Positions 1 to 11,852 are shown, counted from the stretch's first letter. The stretch: DNA of 54,115 nucleotides from Rubrivivax sp. (GCA_049318345.1 JBMOGN010000001.1:1-54115); one strand, 5' to 3'. A program made the numbers and translations. The notes: generated by a model not told the origin, from the letters alone.

Positions 1-288
1 GACCTCGCGCGCAAGTTCGAGGACTACGGCGTCGAGGGCGTGATCTACACCGACATCGGTCGCGACGGCATGCTCTCGGGGATCAACATCGAGGCCACGG
101 TGAAGCTCGCGCAGTCGCTGACGATTCCCGTGATCGCCTCGGGCGGCCTGGCCGGGATGACCGACATCGAGCGCCTGTGCGAGGTCGAGCACGAGGGCGT
201 CGACGGCGTCATCTGCGGGCGCTCCATCTACGACGGCAGCCTCGACTTCGCCGCCGCGCAGGCGCGTGCCGACGAGCTCGGCGCCTGA
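1..288 (+). CDS. hisA: ProFAR isomerase HisA, C-terminal part (truncated by window edge)
   Basis: [19 protein letters not shown] and GVICGRSIY motifs; directly upstream of hisF. Confidence 0.93.
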   Translation, partial: DLARKFEDYGVEGVIYTDIGRDGMLSGINIEATVKLAQSLTIPVIASGGLAGMTDIERLCEVEHEGVDGVICGRSIYDGSLDFAAAQARADELGA

Positions 289-304
289 GAGAAGGCGCAA
301 CGCG

Positions 305-1084
305 GTGTTGGCCAAGCGCATCATTCCCTGCCTGGACGTCACCGGCGGGCGGGTCGTCAAGGGCGTGCAGTTCGTCGAGCTGCGCGACGCGGGCGATCCG
401 GTGGAGATCGCCGCGCGCTACAACGAGCAGGGCGCCGACGAGCTCACCTTCCTGGACATCACGGCCACGAGCGATGGCCGCGACCTGATCCTGCCCATCA
501 TCGAGGCCGTGGCCGCGCAGGTCTTCATCCCGCTCACCGTGGGGGGTGGCGTGCGGACGGTGTCCGATGTGCGCCGGCTGCTGAACGCCGGGGCCGACAA
601 GGTCAGCTTCAACTCCGCCGCCGTGGCCGACCCCGGGCTCATCGCCGAGGCGTCGCAGCGATATGGCGCGCAGTGCATCGTGGTGGCCATCGATGCCCGG
701 CGACGCCAGGGCCCCGAGGAGCAGGAGCGTGGCCCGGGCTGGGATGTCTACACCCACGGCGGGCGCCGCAATGCCGGGCTGGATGCCGTGCAGTGGGCAC
801 GGCGCATGGCCGAGACCGGGGCCGGCGAGATCCTGCTGACCAGCATGGATCGCGACGGCACGAAGTCGGGCTTCGACCTTGCCCTCACGCGCGCGGTGAG
901 CGACGCGGTGTCCGTGCCGGTGATCGCCTCGGGCGGCGTCGGGAGCCTGGAGCACCTCAGCGACGGCATTCGCCTGGGCGGGGCCGACGCGGTGCTGGCG
1001 GCCAGCATCTTCCACTACGGGGAGTTCACGGTCGCACAGGCCAAGGCGCTGATGGTCCGCGACGGCATCTGCGTGCGCCATTGA
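305..1084 (+). CDS. hisF: Imidazole glycerol phosphate synthase cyclase subunit
   Basis: (M)[22 protein letters not shown] and [10 protein letters not shown] motifs; GTG start at 305. Confidence 0.97.
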   Translation: MLAKRIIPCLDVTGGRVVKGVQFVELRDAGDPVEIAARYNEQGADELTFLDITATSDGRDLILPIIEAVAAQVFIPLTVGGGVRTVSDVRRLLNAGADKVSFNSAAVADPGLIAEASQRYGAQCIVVAIDARRRQGPEEQERGPGWDVYTHGGRRNAGLDAVQWARRMAETGAGEILLTSMDRDGTKSGFDLALTRAVSDAVSVPVIASGGVGSLEHLSDGIRLGGADAVLAASIFHYGEFTVAQAKALMVRDGICVRH

Positions 1085-1644
1085 AGGCGGCCGTGCCCCG
1101 GTCCGCGCACGAGGTGCGGATCATCGGCGGGCGCTTCCGGCGCAGCCGGCTGCTGGTGGCTGACCGTCCCGGCCTGCGCCCCACCCCCGACCGGGTGCGC
1201 GAGACCCTCTTCAACTGGCTCGGCCAGGACCTCACGGGCTGGCGCTGCCTGGACGCCTTTTCCGGCAGCGGGGCGCTGGGCCTGGAGGCGGCCTCGCGCG
1301 GTGCCGCGCATGTCCTGCTCGTCGAGCGTGACCCCCAGGTGGCGGCTTCCCTGCGCGGTGTCCGGGCCCGACTGGGCGCAACCGGGGTCGAGATCCTGTG
1401 CGCCGACGGGCTGCAGGTGCTGGCCAGCCAGCCCCCCGGCAGCCTGAACCTCGTCTTCCTCGACCCGCCCTATGCCAGCAGGTTGCTGCCCGCCGCCCTG
1501 CAGGCGGCCAGCCGGGCACTGGCGCCGGGTGGATTCGTCCATGCCGAGTCCGATGCGCCCCTTCAGGGCGAGCTGCCGGGCCTGGAGTCTTTCCGTCAGG
1601 CCCGTGCAGGCCGGGTGCACCACCATCTGCTGCGGCGCAGCTGA
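1081..1644 (+). CDS. rsmD: 16S rRNA m2G966 methyltransferase
   Basis: [40 protein letters not shown] and FLDPPY motifs; TTG start overlaps the hisF stop. Confidence 0.92.
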   Translation: MKAAVPRSAHEVRIIGGRFRRSRLLVADRPGLRPTPDRVRETLFNWLGQDLTGWRCLDAFSGSGALGLEAASRGAAHVLLVERDPQVAASLRGVRARLGATGVEILCADGLQVLASQPPGSLNLVFLDPPYASRLLPAALQAASRALAPGGFVHAESDAPLQGELPGLESFRQARAGRVHHHLLRRS

Positions 1645-1731
1645 ACCTTCTCCTGCCCGGCAGGCCGGGGCAGCCCCGGGGCTACACTGCGCACGCCGCA
1701 TGCGGGGGTGAAGGCCCGCAGGAGCCACACG

Positions 1732-2235
1732 ATGACCACCGCCCAGCCGCTGACCGCCGTCTACCCCGGCACCTTCGACCCCATGACGCTCGGCCACGCC
1801 GATCTCATGCGCCGCGCCGCGCGCCTGTACGACCGGCTCGTGCTTGCGGTGGCCGCCGGCCACCACAAGCGCACGATGTTCACCATCGCCGAGCGCCTGG
1901 AGATGGCGCAGGAGATCGCCGCACCTTTTCCCAACGTCGAGGTGATGGCCTTTCGCGGCTTGCTGCGAAATTTCGTGGTGGACCTCGGGGCCAAGGTGGT
2001 GGTGCGGGGCCTGCGCGCGGTGAGCGACTTCGAGTACGAGTTCCAGATGGCGGGGATGAACCGCCAGCTCATGCCCGATGTCGAAACGGTCTTCATGACC
2101 CCGAGCGACCAGTTCCAGTTCGTCAGCGGCACCTTCGTGCGCGAGATTGCCACCCTCGGCGGCGATGTCTCCAAGTTCGTGGCGCCCTCGGTGCTCATGA
2201 GACTGCGCAACCGGGTGGCCCAGCCCGAGTCCTGA
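1732..2235 (+). CDS. coaD: Pantetheine-phosphate adenylyltransferase
   Basis: [14 protein letters not shown] and [16 protein letters not shown] motifs; GGAG Shine-Dalgarno before ATG 1732. Confidence 0.97.
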   Translation: MTTAQPLTAVYPGTFDPMTLGHADLMRRAARLYDRLVLAVAAGHHKRTMFTIAERLEMAQEIAAPFPNVEVMAFRGLLRNFVVDLGAKVVVRGLRAVSDFEYEFQMAGMNRQLMPDVETVFMTPSDQFQFVSGTFVREIATLGGDVSKFVAPSVLMRLRNRVAQPES

Positions 2236-3112
<877 letters not shown>

Positions 3113-3157
3113 GGAGCGGGATTATCGGGACGCCGAGCGCGCAGGAATGCCCGCCCC

Positions 3158-3196
3158 AAGAAGAAGGGCTCCGACCGGCCTGGCCGGTGGAGCCCT
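3158..3196 (-). terminator. Rho-independent terminator after rplY
   Basis: Minus-strand GC-rich hairpin AGGGCTCC-ACCGGCC-A-GGCCGGT-C-GGAGCCCT followed by a pyrimidine run (TCTTCTT). Confidence 0.65.
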
Positions 3197-3227
3197 GCAC
3201 ACCGCACGGGGCGAGCCCCGCGGCGCA

Positions 3228-3875
3228 TCACTTCTTGTTCTGCTTCTCGTCCTTCTTCTTGGCCGGGGTCTTGGCAGCAGGCGCCACCACCGGGGTGGCC
3301 GGGGCCGTCTCTTCCTCTTCCTTGGCTACGGTCACGGCGACGATCACCGGGTCCACCTTGCCGTGGCGCACGGCCTTGATGCCCTCGGGCAGCTTCAGGT
3401 CGCTGGCGTGCAGCGACTGGCCCTTGACCAGTCCGGACAGGTCGATGGTCACGAACTCGGGCAGCTGAGAGGCCAGGCACTCGATCTCGAGGTCGGTGGC
3501 CACGTGGCTGACCAGGCACTTGTCGGTCTTCACCGCCGGGGAGTTCTCCTCGCCCGCGAAGTGCAGCGGCACCTTCTTGCGCAGCCGGGTGGCCTCGTCC
3601 ACGCGCTGGAAGTCCACGTGCAGCACCTGCTGCTTCCAGGGGTGCATCTGGAAGTCGCGCAGCAGCACCTTGTGCACCGTGCCGCCCAGTTCCATCTCCA
3701 GGATCGAGGAGTGGAAGGCTTCCTTCTTCAGCGCGAAGTACAGCGCGTTGTGGTCGAGCTCGATGGTGGCGGGCGTGCCCGCGCCGTAGACGATGCCCGG
3801 AACCTTGCCGGCGTTGCGCAGGCGGCGGCTCGCTCCGGTCCCCTGCAGCGCACGCTCGAAAGCGGTGAATTTCAT
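3228..3875 (-). CDS. rplY: 50S ribosomal protein bL25 / Ctc
   Basis: [20 protein letters not shown] and LHVDFQRV motifs; prs-rplY-pth synteny. Confidence 0.96.
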   Translation of the reverse strand: MKFTAFERALQGTGASRRLRNAGKVPGIVYGAGTPATIELDHNALYFALKKEAFHSSILEMELGGTVHKVLLRDFQMHPWKQQVLHVDFQRVDEATRLRKKVPLHFAGEENSPAVKTDKCLVSHVATDLEIECLASQLPEFVTIDLSGLVKGQSLHASDLKLPEGIKAVRHGKVDPVIVAVTVAKEEEETAPATPVVAPAAKTPAKKKDEKQNKK

Positions 3876-3897
3876 GTCGACTCTCCGTTGAGGATGG

Positions 3898-3917
3898 GAC
3901 GCCCGCGACCAGGCGTC
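3898..3917 (-). promoter_or_regulatory. Candidate rplY 5' leader hairpin
   Basis: GACGCC-TGGTCGCG-GGCGTC stem-loop about 25 nt upstream of the rplY start. Confidence 0.4.
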
Positions 3918-3956
3918 GTGGAAACGCGCGCCCCGGCGGGGTGCGCGGTCGGCGGA

Positions 3957-4919
3957 TCAGAAGTTGTTGTTCTGCTCCGCGAACAGGGACGCCACCGACT
4001 CACCGTCCGAGATGCGGCGGATCGTCTCGGCGAACAGATAGGCCACCGAGAGCTGGCGGATCTTGCGACAGCCCCGGGCTGCCTCGGACATCGGGATGGT
4101 GTTGGTGATCACGACCTCGTCCAGTGCGCTGGAGGAGATGCGGTCGATGGCCGGGCCGGAGAACACCGGGTGCGTGCAGTACGCGAAGACCTTGCGCGCC
4201 CCGCGCTCCTTGAGCACCTCGGCAGCTTTCACCAGGGTGCCGGCGGTGTCGATCATGTCGTCCATGATCACGCAGTTGCGGCCTTCGATCTCGCCGATGA
4301 CGTGCATCACTTCCGAGACATTGGCCTTCGGGCGGCGCTTGTCGATGATGGCCAGGTCGCAGCCCAGCTGCTTGGCCAGGGCACGCGCGCGCACCACGCC
4401 GCCGACATCGGGCGAGACCACGACCAGGTCCGGGTACTTGCGCTGCTTGAGGTCGGACAACAGCACCGGTGAGGCGTAGATGTTGTCCACCGGGATGTCG
4501 AAGAACCCCTGGATCTGATCGGCGTGCAGGTCCATCGTCAGCACGCGCTCCACACCGACGGTCTGCAGCAGGTTGGCCACCACCTTGGCGCTGATGGGCA
4601 CGCGCGTGGAGCGCGGCCGGCGGTCCTGGCGGGCGTAGCCGAAGTAGGGGATCACGGCCGTGATACGCCGGGCGCTCGCACGCTTGAAGGCGTCGACCAT
4701 CACGAGCAGCTCCATGAGGTTCTCGTTGGTCGGCGTGCAGGTGGGCTGCACCACGAAGACGTCGCGGGCGCGCACGTTCTGGTACAGCTCGACGTCCACT
4801 TCCCCATCGGAGAAGCGCCCGACCTTGGCCTTGCCCAGCTCGATGCCCAGGTGCGTGGCCATCTCCTGCGCCAGTTGCACATTCGCGTTCCCGGAGAACA
4901 GCATGGTGTTGAACAGCAT
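3957..4919 (-). CDS. prs: Ribose-phosphate pyrophosphokinase
   Basis: [28 protein letters not shown] and [10 protein letters not shown] motifs; ATG 4919 lies downstream of tRNA-Gln. Confidence 0.97.
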   Translation of the reverse strand: MLFNTMLFSGNANVQLAQEMATHLGIELGKAKVGRFSDGEVDVELYQNVRARDVFVVQPTCTPTNENLMELLVMVDAFKRASARRITAVIPYFGYARQDRRPRSTRVPISAKVVANLLQTVGVERVLTMDLHADQIQGFFDIPVDNIYASPVLLSDLKQRKYPDLVVVSPDVGGVVRARALAKQLGCDLAIIDKRRPKANVSEVMHVIGEIEGRNCVIMDDMIDTAGTLVKAAEVLKERGARKVFAYCTHPVFSGPAIDRISSSALDEVVITNTIPMSEAARGCRKIRQLSVAYLFAETIRRISDGESVASLFAEQNNNF

Positions 4920-4990
4920 GGCAGTCTGGCGGCGCGGGTCAGTGGCGGAGGAGTTGATGGGAAGGCTCGCTTGGCCGTCGTTCAGGAATC

Positions 4991-5067
4991 TGGCAGGGGA
5001 GGAAGGATTCGAACCCTCGCATGTCGGAATCAAAATCCGATGCCTTGACCAACTTGGCGACTCCCCT
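4991..5067 (-). tRNA. tRNA-Gln (TTG)
   Basis: Cloverleaf with AGGGGAG/CTCCCCT acceptor stem, anticodon arm TCGGA-TTTTGAT-TCCGA, GGTTCGAATCC T-arm and CCA end; ispE-tRNA-Gln-prs context. Confidence 0.96.
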
Positions 5068-5102
5068 ACACAGGACGGCTCGCGCCGCCCTCGAAAACGC
5101 AC

Positions 5103-5990
5103 TCAGCGCGCCCAGTCGACCAGAGGATGGCTGGGCAGGCTGCGGCACAGGCGGCCGACCCAGCCAGCCGGAAGGGACCCCGGCGGCCATGTCGCCTCGG
5201 GCTGGACGCCCGTGCCGACCCTTGCGAACACCGCGCTGCCCGACCCCGTCATCCGGCTGTTGCCGAACCGCTGCCCGAGTATCCCGAGGGCTTTCGCCAC
5301 CTCGGGGCACCGGGCTTCGGCCGGGGGCTGCAGGTCGTTTCGACCCCACAGCGTGGTCCCGGATGCCAGGGCGGCCAGAGCCGCGTTCTCAAGAGAGCCC
5401 TCGATTATAGACGATGGCGTGTCGCGCCTGAGGAAGGGGCTCGAGAAGATGTCGGCCGTGACGATCGAAGCGGGCGGCTTGACCACGGCGAAGACCATCT
5501 GTGGCAGGTCCAGCGGCGTCAGCTGCTCGCCGATACCCTGCACGAGCGCAGTGCGGCCGAAGACGAAGAACGGCACGTCTGCGCCGAGCCCGGCCGCCAG
5601 CGGCAACAGGCGTTCGCGCGGCCAGTCCAGGCCCCACAGGCGGTTGAGCGCCAGCAGCACGGTGGCCGCGTCTGAGCTGCCGCCGCCCATGCCCGCGCCG
5701 GCCGGGATCGACTTCGCGATGGAGATGTCCGCCCCCAGGCTCGTGCCCGAGGCGTGCTGCAGGGCGCGCGCCGCGCGCAGGCACAGGTCGTCGGCGGGCA
5801 GCGGTTCGCCCAGGTCGTGGCGGCGCAGCTGCCCGTCGGCCCGGGCCTCCACGTGCAGGGTGTCGGCCCAGTCGATGAGCACGAAGACCGACTCCAGCAG
5901 GTGGTAGCCGTCGGCCCGCCTGCCCACCACGTGCAGGAACATGTTGAGCTTGGCCGGTGCGGGCAGATCGCTGAGGCTGCGCATCGTCAT
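5103..5990 (-). CDS. ispE: 4-diphosphocytidyl-2-C-methyl-D-erythritol kinase
   Basis: PAPAKLNMFLHV, IPAGAGMGGGSSDAA and MTGSGSAVF GHMP-kinase motifs. Confidence 0.96.
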   Translation of the reverse strand: MTMRSLSDLPAPAKLNMFLHVVGRRADGYHLLESVFVLIDWADTLHVEARADGQLRRHDLGEPLPADDLCLRAARALQHASGTSLGADISIAKSIPAGAGMGGGSSDAATVLLALNRLWGLDWPRERLLPLAAGLGADVPFFVFGRTALVQGIGEQLTPLDLPQMVFAVVKPPASIVTADIFSSPFLRRDTPSSIIEGSLENAALAALASGTTLWGRNDLQPPAEARCPEVAKALGILGQRFGNSRMTGSGSAVFARVGTGVQPEATWPPGSLPAGWVGRLCRSLPSHPLVDWAR

Positions 5991-6568
5991 GACGGAGCCT
6001 CCAGCCTCAGGCGCAGCGTGACCACCGGCTCGGCCGCGCGCCGCGCGCTCAGCAGGCCCTGTGCCAGCCCGCTGAGGTCCACCTCCCAGCCCAGCTGCCG
6101 GAAGCCGATCGGGCCGGCGATGCCGCCGGGCTGCCGTTCGGCGGCGCTGACCGGGTCGTGCGGCGCCCCGGCCCATGGCCGCCCGCGCAGCCAGTCGAAG
6201 AGCGCGGCCAGGGGCACCGGCTCGCCGAAGGCCGACTGTGCGAGTTCGTCCAGCCCCGTGAAGCGCTGCACGCCGGCGGCGGAGGAGGACAGCTCGGCCT
6301 GCCCCGGCTCCCAGCGCGCCCGGGCCAGGGTAGTGCCCAGTGCAGAACTCAGGTCCAGGGAACCCCGCTCGGCCGTGCCGCGCAGGTCGAACAGCGCACT
6401 GGCCTGCCGCGCGGGCTGTTCTGCCGTGGCGGCCACCTGCCAGGCAAGCCGACCCGACAGTACCGGCCCGGGCGCGTCGGGTGGCCGCACGGTCGCGCAG
6501 CCCGCCACCAGCAGGACGCTCAGGCCTGCACCCAGACTCGCGCCCAGCAAGTGGCGTCTGGCCTTCAC
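5987..6568 (-). CDS. lolB: Outer-membrane lipoprotein insertase LolB
   Basis: Lipobox LVAGC; SGRLAW, LDLSSALGTTLA, PLAALFDWLRG and QLGWEV segments; TPR-lolB-ispE synteny; GTG start inferred. Confidence 0.85.
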   Translation of the reverse strand: MKARRHLLGASLGAGLSVLLVAGCATVRPPDAPGPVLSGRLAWQVAATAEQPARQASALFDLRGTAERGSLDLSSALGTTLARARWEPGQAELSSSAAGVQRFTGLDELAQSAFGEPVPLAALFDWLRGRPWAGAPHDPVSAAERQPGGIAGPIGFRQLGWEVDLSGLAQGLLSARRAAEPVVTLRLRLEAPS

Positions 6569-8358
6569 AGCCCCGGCTTCAGGCGAGCGAGCGTGTCGCG
6601 CAGGACCTCGTTGTCCGGGTCCCGCGCGCGCCCTTCGCGCCAGACGCGACGCGCCTCGTCCCTCTGGCCGGAGGCCCACAGCACCTCGCCGAGGTGCGCG
6701 GCGATCTCGGTGTCGGGACGCGCGGCATAGGCCTGGCGCAGCAGGCGCTGCGCCTCGCCCAGGTTGCCGAGCCTGAACTCCACCCAGCCCAGGCTGTCGG
6801 TGATGAAGGGGTCGCCGGGCGCGAGCTCCAGCGCCTTGGCAATGAGCGTGCGCGCCTCGGGCAGGCGCAGCCTGCGATCGGCCAGCGAGTACCCGAGCGC
6901 GTTGTAGGCGTGCTGACTGTCTGGCCGCAGCGCGATCACGCGCCTGAGCAGCTGCTCCATCGTGTCCAGCCGGTCGAGCTTCTCGGCCACCATGGACAGC
7001 TCGTACATCAGGTCGGTGTCCTCGGGCCAGCGGTCACTGGCTCCGCGCAGCACCTCGAAGGCATCGGGCCAGCGCTTGACCTCGCGCAGCACCTGTGCCT
7101 CGGCCACGAGCTTGGCGCGGGCATCGTCCGCGCTGCGCTCGGGCACCTTGCGGATCATCTGGCGTGCTTCCTCCACGCGGCCCTGGCGTGCCGCGATGGT
7201 GGCGCGGCGGGTCTGCACGTCCAGCGCCGCACGCGTGCTGTCCACGCGCAGCAGGAAGGCTTCTGCGGCGGCGTAGTCGCCACGCTGCTCGGCGGCCTGC
7301 GCGCGCAGCAGCCAGGCCTGGTCGAGGTTCGACGGGTCGGGCGCGCGTGCGGAGGCGTCGCCGTCCTCGTCATCGTCGTCGCCCGCACCCTGCGCGGCGG
7401 CTGCGGGGGGACGAGCGCGCTGCATGAGCTCCACGTAGCGCTGCAGGGCCTGCTCGGCCTGCTTCGGCTCGCGCAGGTCGACATGCAGCGCGCCCAGCGT
7501 CAGCCACGCTGGGGTGAAGTCGGGGCGCTGGCGCGTGGCCGCTTCGAGGTGGACCACGGCCTGCGCGGGGCGGCCCGACTGCGCCAGGGCCCGCGCGTAG
7601 GACAGGCGCAGCTCCGGTAGGGCATCGGCGCGGGCGAGGTGCGCCTGCACGAGAGTCTCGGCCTGCGGAACGCGGGGCATGAGCTCCAGCGCCAGCAGCA
7701 CCGGCAGCGGCGAGGCCGGGTCGGCGCGAGCGGCTTCGGAGGCCAGGGCCCAGGCGTTGGCGGTCTCTCCAGCGGCCAGCCAGGCCGTGCCCAGCGCCGT
7801 GCGCGCGGCGACCTCCTGCGGACCCTTCCTCAGGTAGGGCTCCAGGACATCCACGAGCATGCCCGCCACCACGCGCGGCTCGCCGCTGCGGCGGAACAGC
7901 CGGGGCAGCGAGGCGATGAGGCCGTTGCGGTCGGCCTCGGGCGTCAGGCCGATGAGACGGCGCAGCGGCTCGGCGGCGTCGGCCGGCCGGTTCAGGGCGC
8001 CCAGCAGCTGCACGGTGGTCCGCAGGGCCTCGGTGGAGGCGGGCAGGGCGCTGCGCCAGGCGCGTGCGGCAGCCAGGGCCTCGTCGCCGGCGCGGGCCTG
8101 CAGCGCGATGTCCACCGCGCGCCGGAAGAGCTGCTCGTTGCGGGTGCGGCGCGCCGCGTCCAGGATGACGCTGTAGGCTGCACCGGGGTGGCCTTCGCGC
8201 AGCTGCATCTCGCCGATGAGCAGCTGATAGAACAGCAGGCTGTCGAGGTCGGAGGTGGGCGGCGGCCCCGCTGGCGCGGCCGGCTGGGCCCAGGCCCCGC
8301 ACGCGAGGACCGCGCCAGCCAGCAGTGCGGCGAGTCGAGGCTTGGGCAGGGGCTTCAC
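6565..8358 (-). CDS. Exported tetratricopeptide-repeat protein
   Basis: Signal-peptide-like N-terminus; FYQLLIGEM, AYNALGYSLADR, ITDSLGWVEFR and EIAAHLGEVLW segments; conserved position upstream of lolB; GTG start inferred. Confidence 0.88.
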   Translation of the reverse strand: MKPLPKPRLAALLAGAVLACGAWAQPAAPAGPPPTSDLDSLLFYQLLIGEMQLREGHPGAAYSVILDAARRTRNEQLFRRAVDIALQARAGDEALAAARAWRSALPASTEALRTTVQLLGALNRPADAAEPLRRLIGLTPEADRNGLIASLPRLFRRSGEPRVVAGMLVDVLEPYLRKGPQEVAARTALGTAWLAAGETANAWALASEAARADPASPLPVLLALELMPRVPQAETLVQAHLARADALPELRLSYARALAQSGRPAQAVVHLEAATRQRPDFTPAWLTLGALHVDLREPKQAEQALQRYVELMQRARPPAAAAQGAGDDDDEDGDASARAPDPSNLDQAWLLRAQAAEQRGDYAAAEAFLLRVDSTRAALDVQTRRATIAARQGRVEEARQMIRKVPERSADDARAKLVAEAQVLREVKRWPDAFEVLRGASDRWPEDTDLMYELSMVAEKLDRLDTMEQLLRRVIALRPDSQHAYNALGYSLADRRLRLPEARTLIAKALELAPGDPFITDSLGWVEFRLGNLGEAQRLLRQAYAARPDTEIAAHLGEVLWASGQRDEARRVWREGRARDPDNEVLRDTLARLKPGL

Positions 8359-8382
8359 CGAGGCATTCTCACATAATGGCTC

Positions 8383-9243
8383 ATGCCTGAACTGCCGGAA
8401 GTCGAAGTCACGCGCCGAACCATTTCGCCCGGTCTGCTGGGCGCCACCGTGCTCGGCGCGCGGCTGGGCAAACCGCTGCGATGGGTATTGGGTTGCACCC
8501 CGCAGCACCTGGTCGGCCGGCGTGTCGGTGCCGCGCTTCGCCGGGGTAAGTACATCTGGCTGCCGCTGTCGCCCACTGCCGGCCCGGCCGGCGCCCCGGA
8601 ATCCGGGCAGCAGGGCGGCTTGCTGCTGCACCTGGGCATGTCGGGCTCGCTCGCGCTGCACGACCACGCTCCCGCTCCCGCGCCCGGGCCGCACGACCAC
8701 TTCGACCTCGTGACCACGCAGGGCACCCTGCGCCTGCGCGACCCGCGCCGCTTCGGGGCGGTGGTCTGGTCGCCGGGCCTGGACGAGCCGCCGGCGGCTG
8801 CGCTGCTGGCCAGGCTCGGCCCCGAGCCCTTCGACCCCGCCCTGGACGACGCCCGCTTCCACGCCCTGCTGAAGCAGCGGCGCGCGCCCATCAAGGCGGT
8901 GCTGCTGTCGGGGCAGGCGGTCGTCGGGGCGGGCAACATCTACGCCTGCGAGGCCCTGTTCCGGGCCGGGATCGATCCCCGCACCGCCGCCCATCGCCTG
9001 AGCCGGCCGCGCGCGGCGCGCCTGCTGCAGGCCGTGCGCGAGACCCTGCAGGAGGCCCTGCAACTTGGCGGGTCGACCCTGCGCGACTTCCGCGATGCGC
9101 ATGGCATGGACGGTGCCTTCCAGGATCAGGCGGCTGTCTACGGCCGCGAAGGCCAGCCCTGCACGCGCTGTGCCGCGCCGGTGCGCCGCATCGTGCAGGC
9201 CCAGCGCGCGACCTACTACTGCCGCGCATGCCAGAGGCGCTGA
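8383..9243 (+). CDS. mutM: Formamidopyrimidine-DNA glycosylase
   Basis: MPELPEVE N-terminus, HLGMSG, DPRRFG, GNIYACE and C-terminal CxxC...CxxC zinc finger. Confidence 0.97.
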   Translation: MPELPEVEVTRRTISPGLLGATVLGARLGKPLRWVLGCTPQHLVGRRVGAALRRGKYIWLPLSPTAGPAGAPESGQQGGLLLHLGMSGSLALHDHAPAPAPGPHDHFDLVTTQGTLRLRDPRRFGAVVWSPGLDEPPAAALLARLGPEPFDPALDDARFHALLKQRRAPIKAVLLSGQAVVGAGNIYACEALFRAGIDPRTAAHRLSRPRAARLLQAVRETLQEALQLGGSTLRDFRDAHGMDGAFQDQAAVYGREGQPCTRCAAPVRRIVQAQRATYYCRACQRR

Positions 9244-10343
9244 GCCCCGCCTCGCCTGAGGCCATGCCGACGCTGGCCGAGCGCGTGATCGCCTGGCAGG
9301 CCACGCACGGGCGACACGGCCTGCCCTGGCAGGGCACGCGAGACCCCTACCGGGTGTGGCTGTCGGAGGTGATGCTGCAGCAGACCCAGGTGGCCACCGT
9401 GCTTGGCTACTACGCGCGTTTCCTCGAGCGCTTTCCGGATGTCCGCGCCCTGGCGGCCGCCCCGCTGGACGAGGTGCTTGCCCTGTGGAGCGGGCTCGGG
9501 TACTACAGCCGGGCGCGCAACCTGCACCGGTGCGCGCAGGAGGTGGTGGCCCGCCACGGAGGAGCCTTCCCCCACGACAGTGCCACCCTGGCCACGCTGC
9601 CGGGCATCGGCCGCTCGACCGCGGCGGCCATCGCTGCCTTCTGCGCGGGCGAGCGCGTGGCGATCCTGGACGGCAACGTCAAGCGCGTGCTCGCCCGCGT
9701 GCTCGGCTTCGAGGCCGACCTCGCCGTGCGCCGGCACGAGCTGGAGCTCTGGGCGCGGGCGCAGGCGCTCCTGCCCGAGCGCGACATGGGCGCCTACACC
9801 CAGGGGCTGATGGACCTCGGCGCCGGGGTGTGCACGCGGCGCCAGCCCCGCTGCACGCAGTGCCCGCTGCAGGCCGTGTGCGTGGCCCGCGCGCAGGGGC
9901 GCGAGGCGGCGTTGCCGCTGAAGACGCGCCGCGCCGTCAGGGGCCGGCGGGCGAGCGCGCTGCTTCTGTTGCGCCAGGGCGAGCGGCTGTGGCTCGTCCA
10001 GCGTCCCGAGCAGGGCGTGTGGGCCGGGCTGTGGTGCCTGCCGGAGGTGGCCGTTGAGCCCGGGCAAGGTAGCGAGCCGGCCCCACCCACCGATCACCCG
10101 CCCTGGCCCGGCGCGGCCGACTGGCCCGGCCGCGCGCAGGCGTTGTCCGTGGTTCATCACGCGCTCACGCACTTTGACTGGGCGCTGCAGCCCTGGTGCT
10201 GGGACCTCCCGGCGCAGCTGTCTGCGGCCGCGCGCGACCGCGTGACCGGCGCGCTGGGCCCGGGGCGCTGGTTCGTGCGCGAGGAGGCGCTCGGCCAGGG
10301 GCTGCCCGCGCCGGTGCGCCGCATCCTGCTGGCTGCCGGCTAG
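9228..10343 (+). CDS. mutY: A/G-specific adenine glycosylase
   Basis: [24 protein letters not shown], Hh[10 protein letters not shown] and Fe-S motif CX6CX2CX5C; start may be 9264. Confidence 0.96.
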   Translation: MPEALSPASPEAMPTLAERVIAWQATHGRHGLPWQGTRDPYRVWLSEVMLQQTQVATVLGYYARFLERFPDVRALAAAPLDEVLALWSGLGYYSRARNLHRCAQEVVARHGGAFPHDSATLATLPGIGRSTAAAIAAFCAGERVAILDGNVKRVLARVLGFEADLAVRRHELELWARAQALLPERDMGAYTQGLMDLGAGVCTRRQPRCTQCPLQAVCVARAQGREAALPLKTRRAVRGRRASALLLLRQGERLWLVQRPEQGVWAGLWCLPEVAVEPGQGSEPAPPTDHPPWPGAADWPGRAQALSVVHHALTHFDWALQPWCWDLPAQLSAAARDRVTGALGPGRWFVREEALGQGLPAPVRRILLAAG

Positions 10344-10993
10344 GAGCCGATCACGCCCTTGCTGCGCAGGAACTCGTCGACCAGGCGCAGCCGCACGCCG
10401 GGCTCGTCCAGTTCCATGAGTTTCTGCTTGGCCGCCAGCGACACGGGCAGCAGTTCGCACCAGCGGTTGGCCACCCAGCCCGCATCGTCCAGCCGCAGCG
10501 GCCCGGTCACCGGCGACTGGCCGCGCTCCTGCAGCGCCTGCAGGGCCTGCTCCAGGGCGCGCACCGAGCCCGCGTGCGCCGGCTGCGGCACCTGCACCTC
10601 GTCGGCGGGGAGCTCCTCCACCGGTGCGCACCACAGGCCGTCGGCCTGGCGTTGTGCCGGCTCGAGCAGCCGGAACCGCTCCAGTCCCCTGCAGCGCACC
10701 AGCAGGATGCCGGCCTGCTGGGCATCCACCTCCTCGATCTGTGCGAGCACGCCCACGTCGTGCAGCTTCACCCCGGCCGTGCCCCCCACCTCGGCGCCCT
10801 GCTGCAGCGCCACCACGCCGAACGGGCGGCCGCTGCGCAGACAGCGGCCGATCAGGTCGAGGTAGCGCGCCTCGAAGACCTTCAGGGGCAGCAACCCGCC
10901 GGGGAAGAGCACGGTCTGCAGCGGGAAGAGCCCGAGCGCCTGTCCGGGCTCGGGGCGCAGGCCGCCTGGGGCCTGTGCCTCAGCCCCGGCCAT
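10340..10993 (-). CDS. LON peptidase substrate-binding domain protein
   Basis: LFPLQTVLFPGGLLPLKVFEARYLDL and KQKLMEL segments; no protease or ATPase domain. Confidence 0.88.
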   Translation of the reverse strand: MAGAEAQAPGGLRPEPGQALGLFPLQTVLFPGGLLPLKVFEARYLDLIGRCLRSGRPFGVVALQQGAEVGGTAGVKLHDVGVLAQIEEVDAQQAGILLVRCRGLERFRLLEPAQRQADGLWCAPVEELPADEVQVPQPAHAGSVRALEQALQALQERGQSPVTGPLRLDDAGWVANRWCELLPVSLAAKQKLMELDEPGVRLRLVDEFLRSKGVIGS

Positions 10994-11852
10994 CGAGTTC
11001 CCGGTGCCGGACGAGCACGGTGTGGGCCCCGGCAAAGCGCCGGCGCAGCGTCTCGGCCGCATACACCGAGCGGTGCTGCCCCCCGGTGCAGCCCAGCGCC
11101 ACCGTGAGGTAGCTGCGCTGGTCGCCGCGGAAACTGGGCAGCCAGTGGCGCAGGAAGGTCTCGATCTGCGCGAGCATCTCGGTGACCTCGGGCTGTGCGG
11201 CCAGGTAGTCGGCCACCGGCTGCTCGCGCCCGTCCATCTCGCGCAGCGCGCGCATGTAGAACGGGTTGGGCAAGGCCCGCAGGTCGAAGACGAAGTCGGC
11301 GTCGGAGGGCACCCCGTACTTGAAGGCGAAGGATTCGAAGATGACGGCCAGCGACGCCGGCGAGGCGTGGACGAGGTCGCGCAGCCAGGCGCGCAGCTGC
11401 ACCGGGCGCAGCTGGCTGGTGTCGATGACGGTGGAGACCTCGCGCAGCTCGGTGAGCATGGCGCGCTCCAGCTCGATGGACTCCTTCAGCACCCGGGCCT
11501 GGTCGCCCGCCGGCGCCGAGGCGGCCAGCGGGTGCGGCCGGCGGGTCTCGGAAAAGCGCCGCATCAGGGCCTCGGTGGAAGCGTCCAGGAAGATGCTGCG
11601 CACCCCCACGCCCTCGCCCTTGAGCTCGTCGATCAGGGGGACCAGCAGCGGCAGCGAGGCCGCAGTGCGCACGTCCACCGCCACCGCCACGCGCGACCCG
11701 TAGCGCTCGTGCTCCAGGCGGATGAAGTCGCGCAGCAGCTCCGGCGGGAGGTTGTCCACGCAGAAGAAGCCCGCGTCCTCCAGCGCGTGCAGCGCCACCG
11801 ACTTGCCCGAGCCCGAGATGCCCGTGACGAGCACCACCTCGGCCCCCTTCAT
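10980..11852 (-). CDS. rapZ: RNase adapter RapZ
   Basis: TGISGSGKS, CVDNLP, RFSETRRPHPL, SFAFKYG and GCTGGQHRSV motifs. Confidence 0.95.
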   Translation of the reverse strand: MKGAEVVLVTGISGSGKSVALHALEDAGFFCVDNLPPELLRDFIRLEHERYGSRVAVAVDVRTAASLPLLVPLIDELKGEGVGVRSIFLDASTEALMRRFSETRRPHPLAASAPAGDQARVLKESIELERAMLTELREVSTVIDTSQLRPVQLRAWLRDLVHASPASLAVIFESFAFKYGVPSDADFVFDLRALPNPFYMRALREMDGREQPVADYLAAQPEVTEMLAQIETFLRHWLPSFRGDQRSYLTVALGCTGGQHRSVYAAETLRRRFAGAHTVLVRHRELDGRG

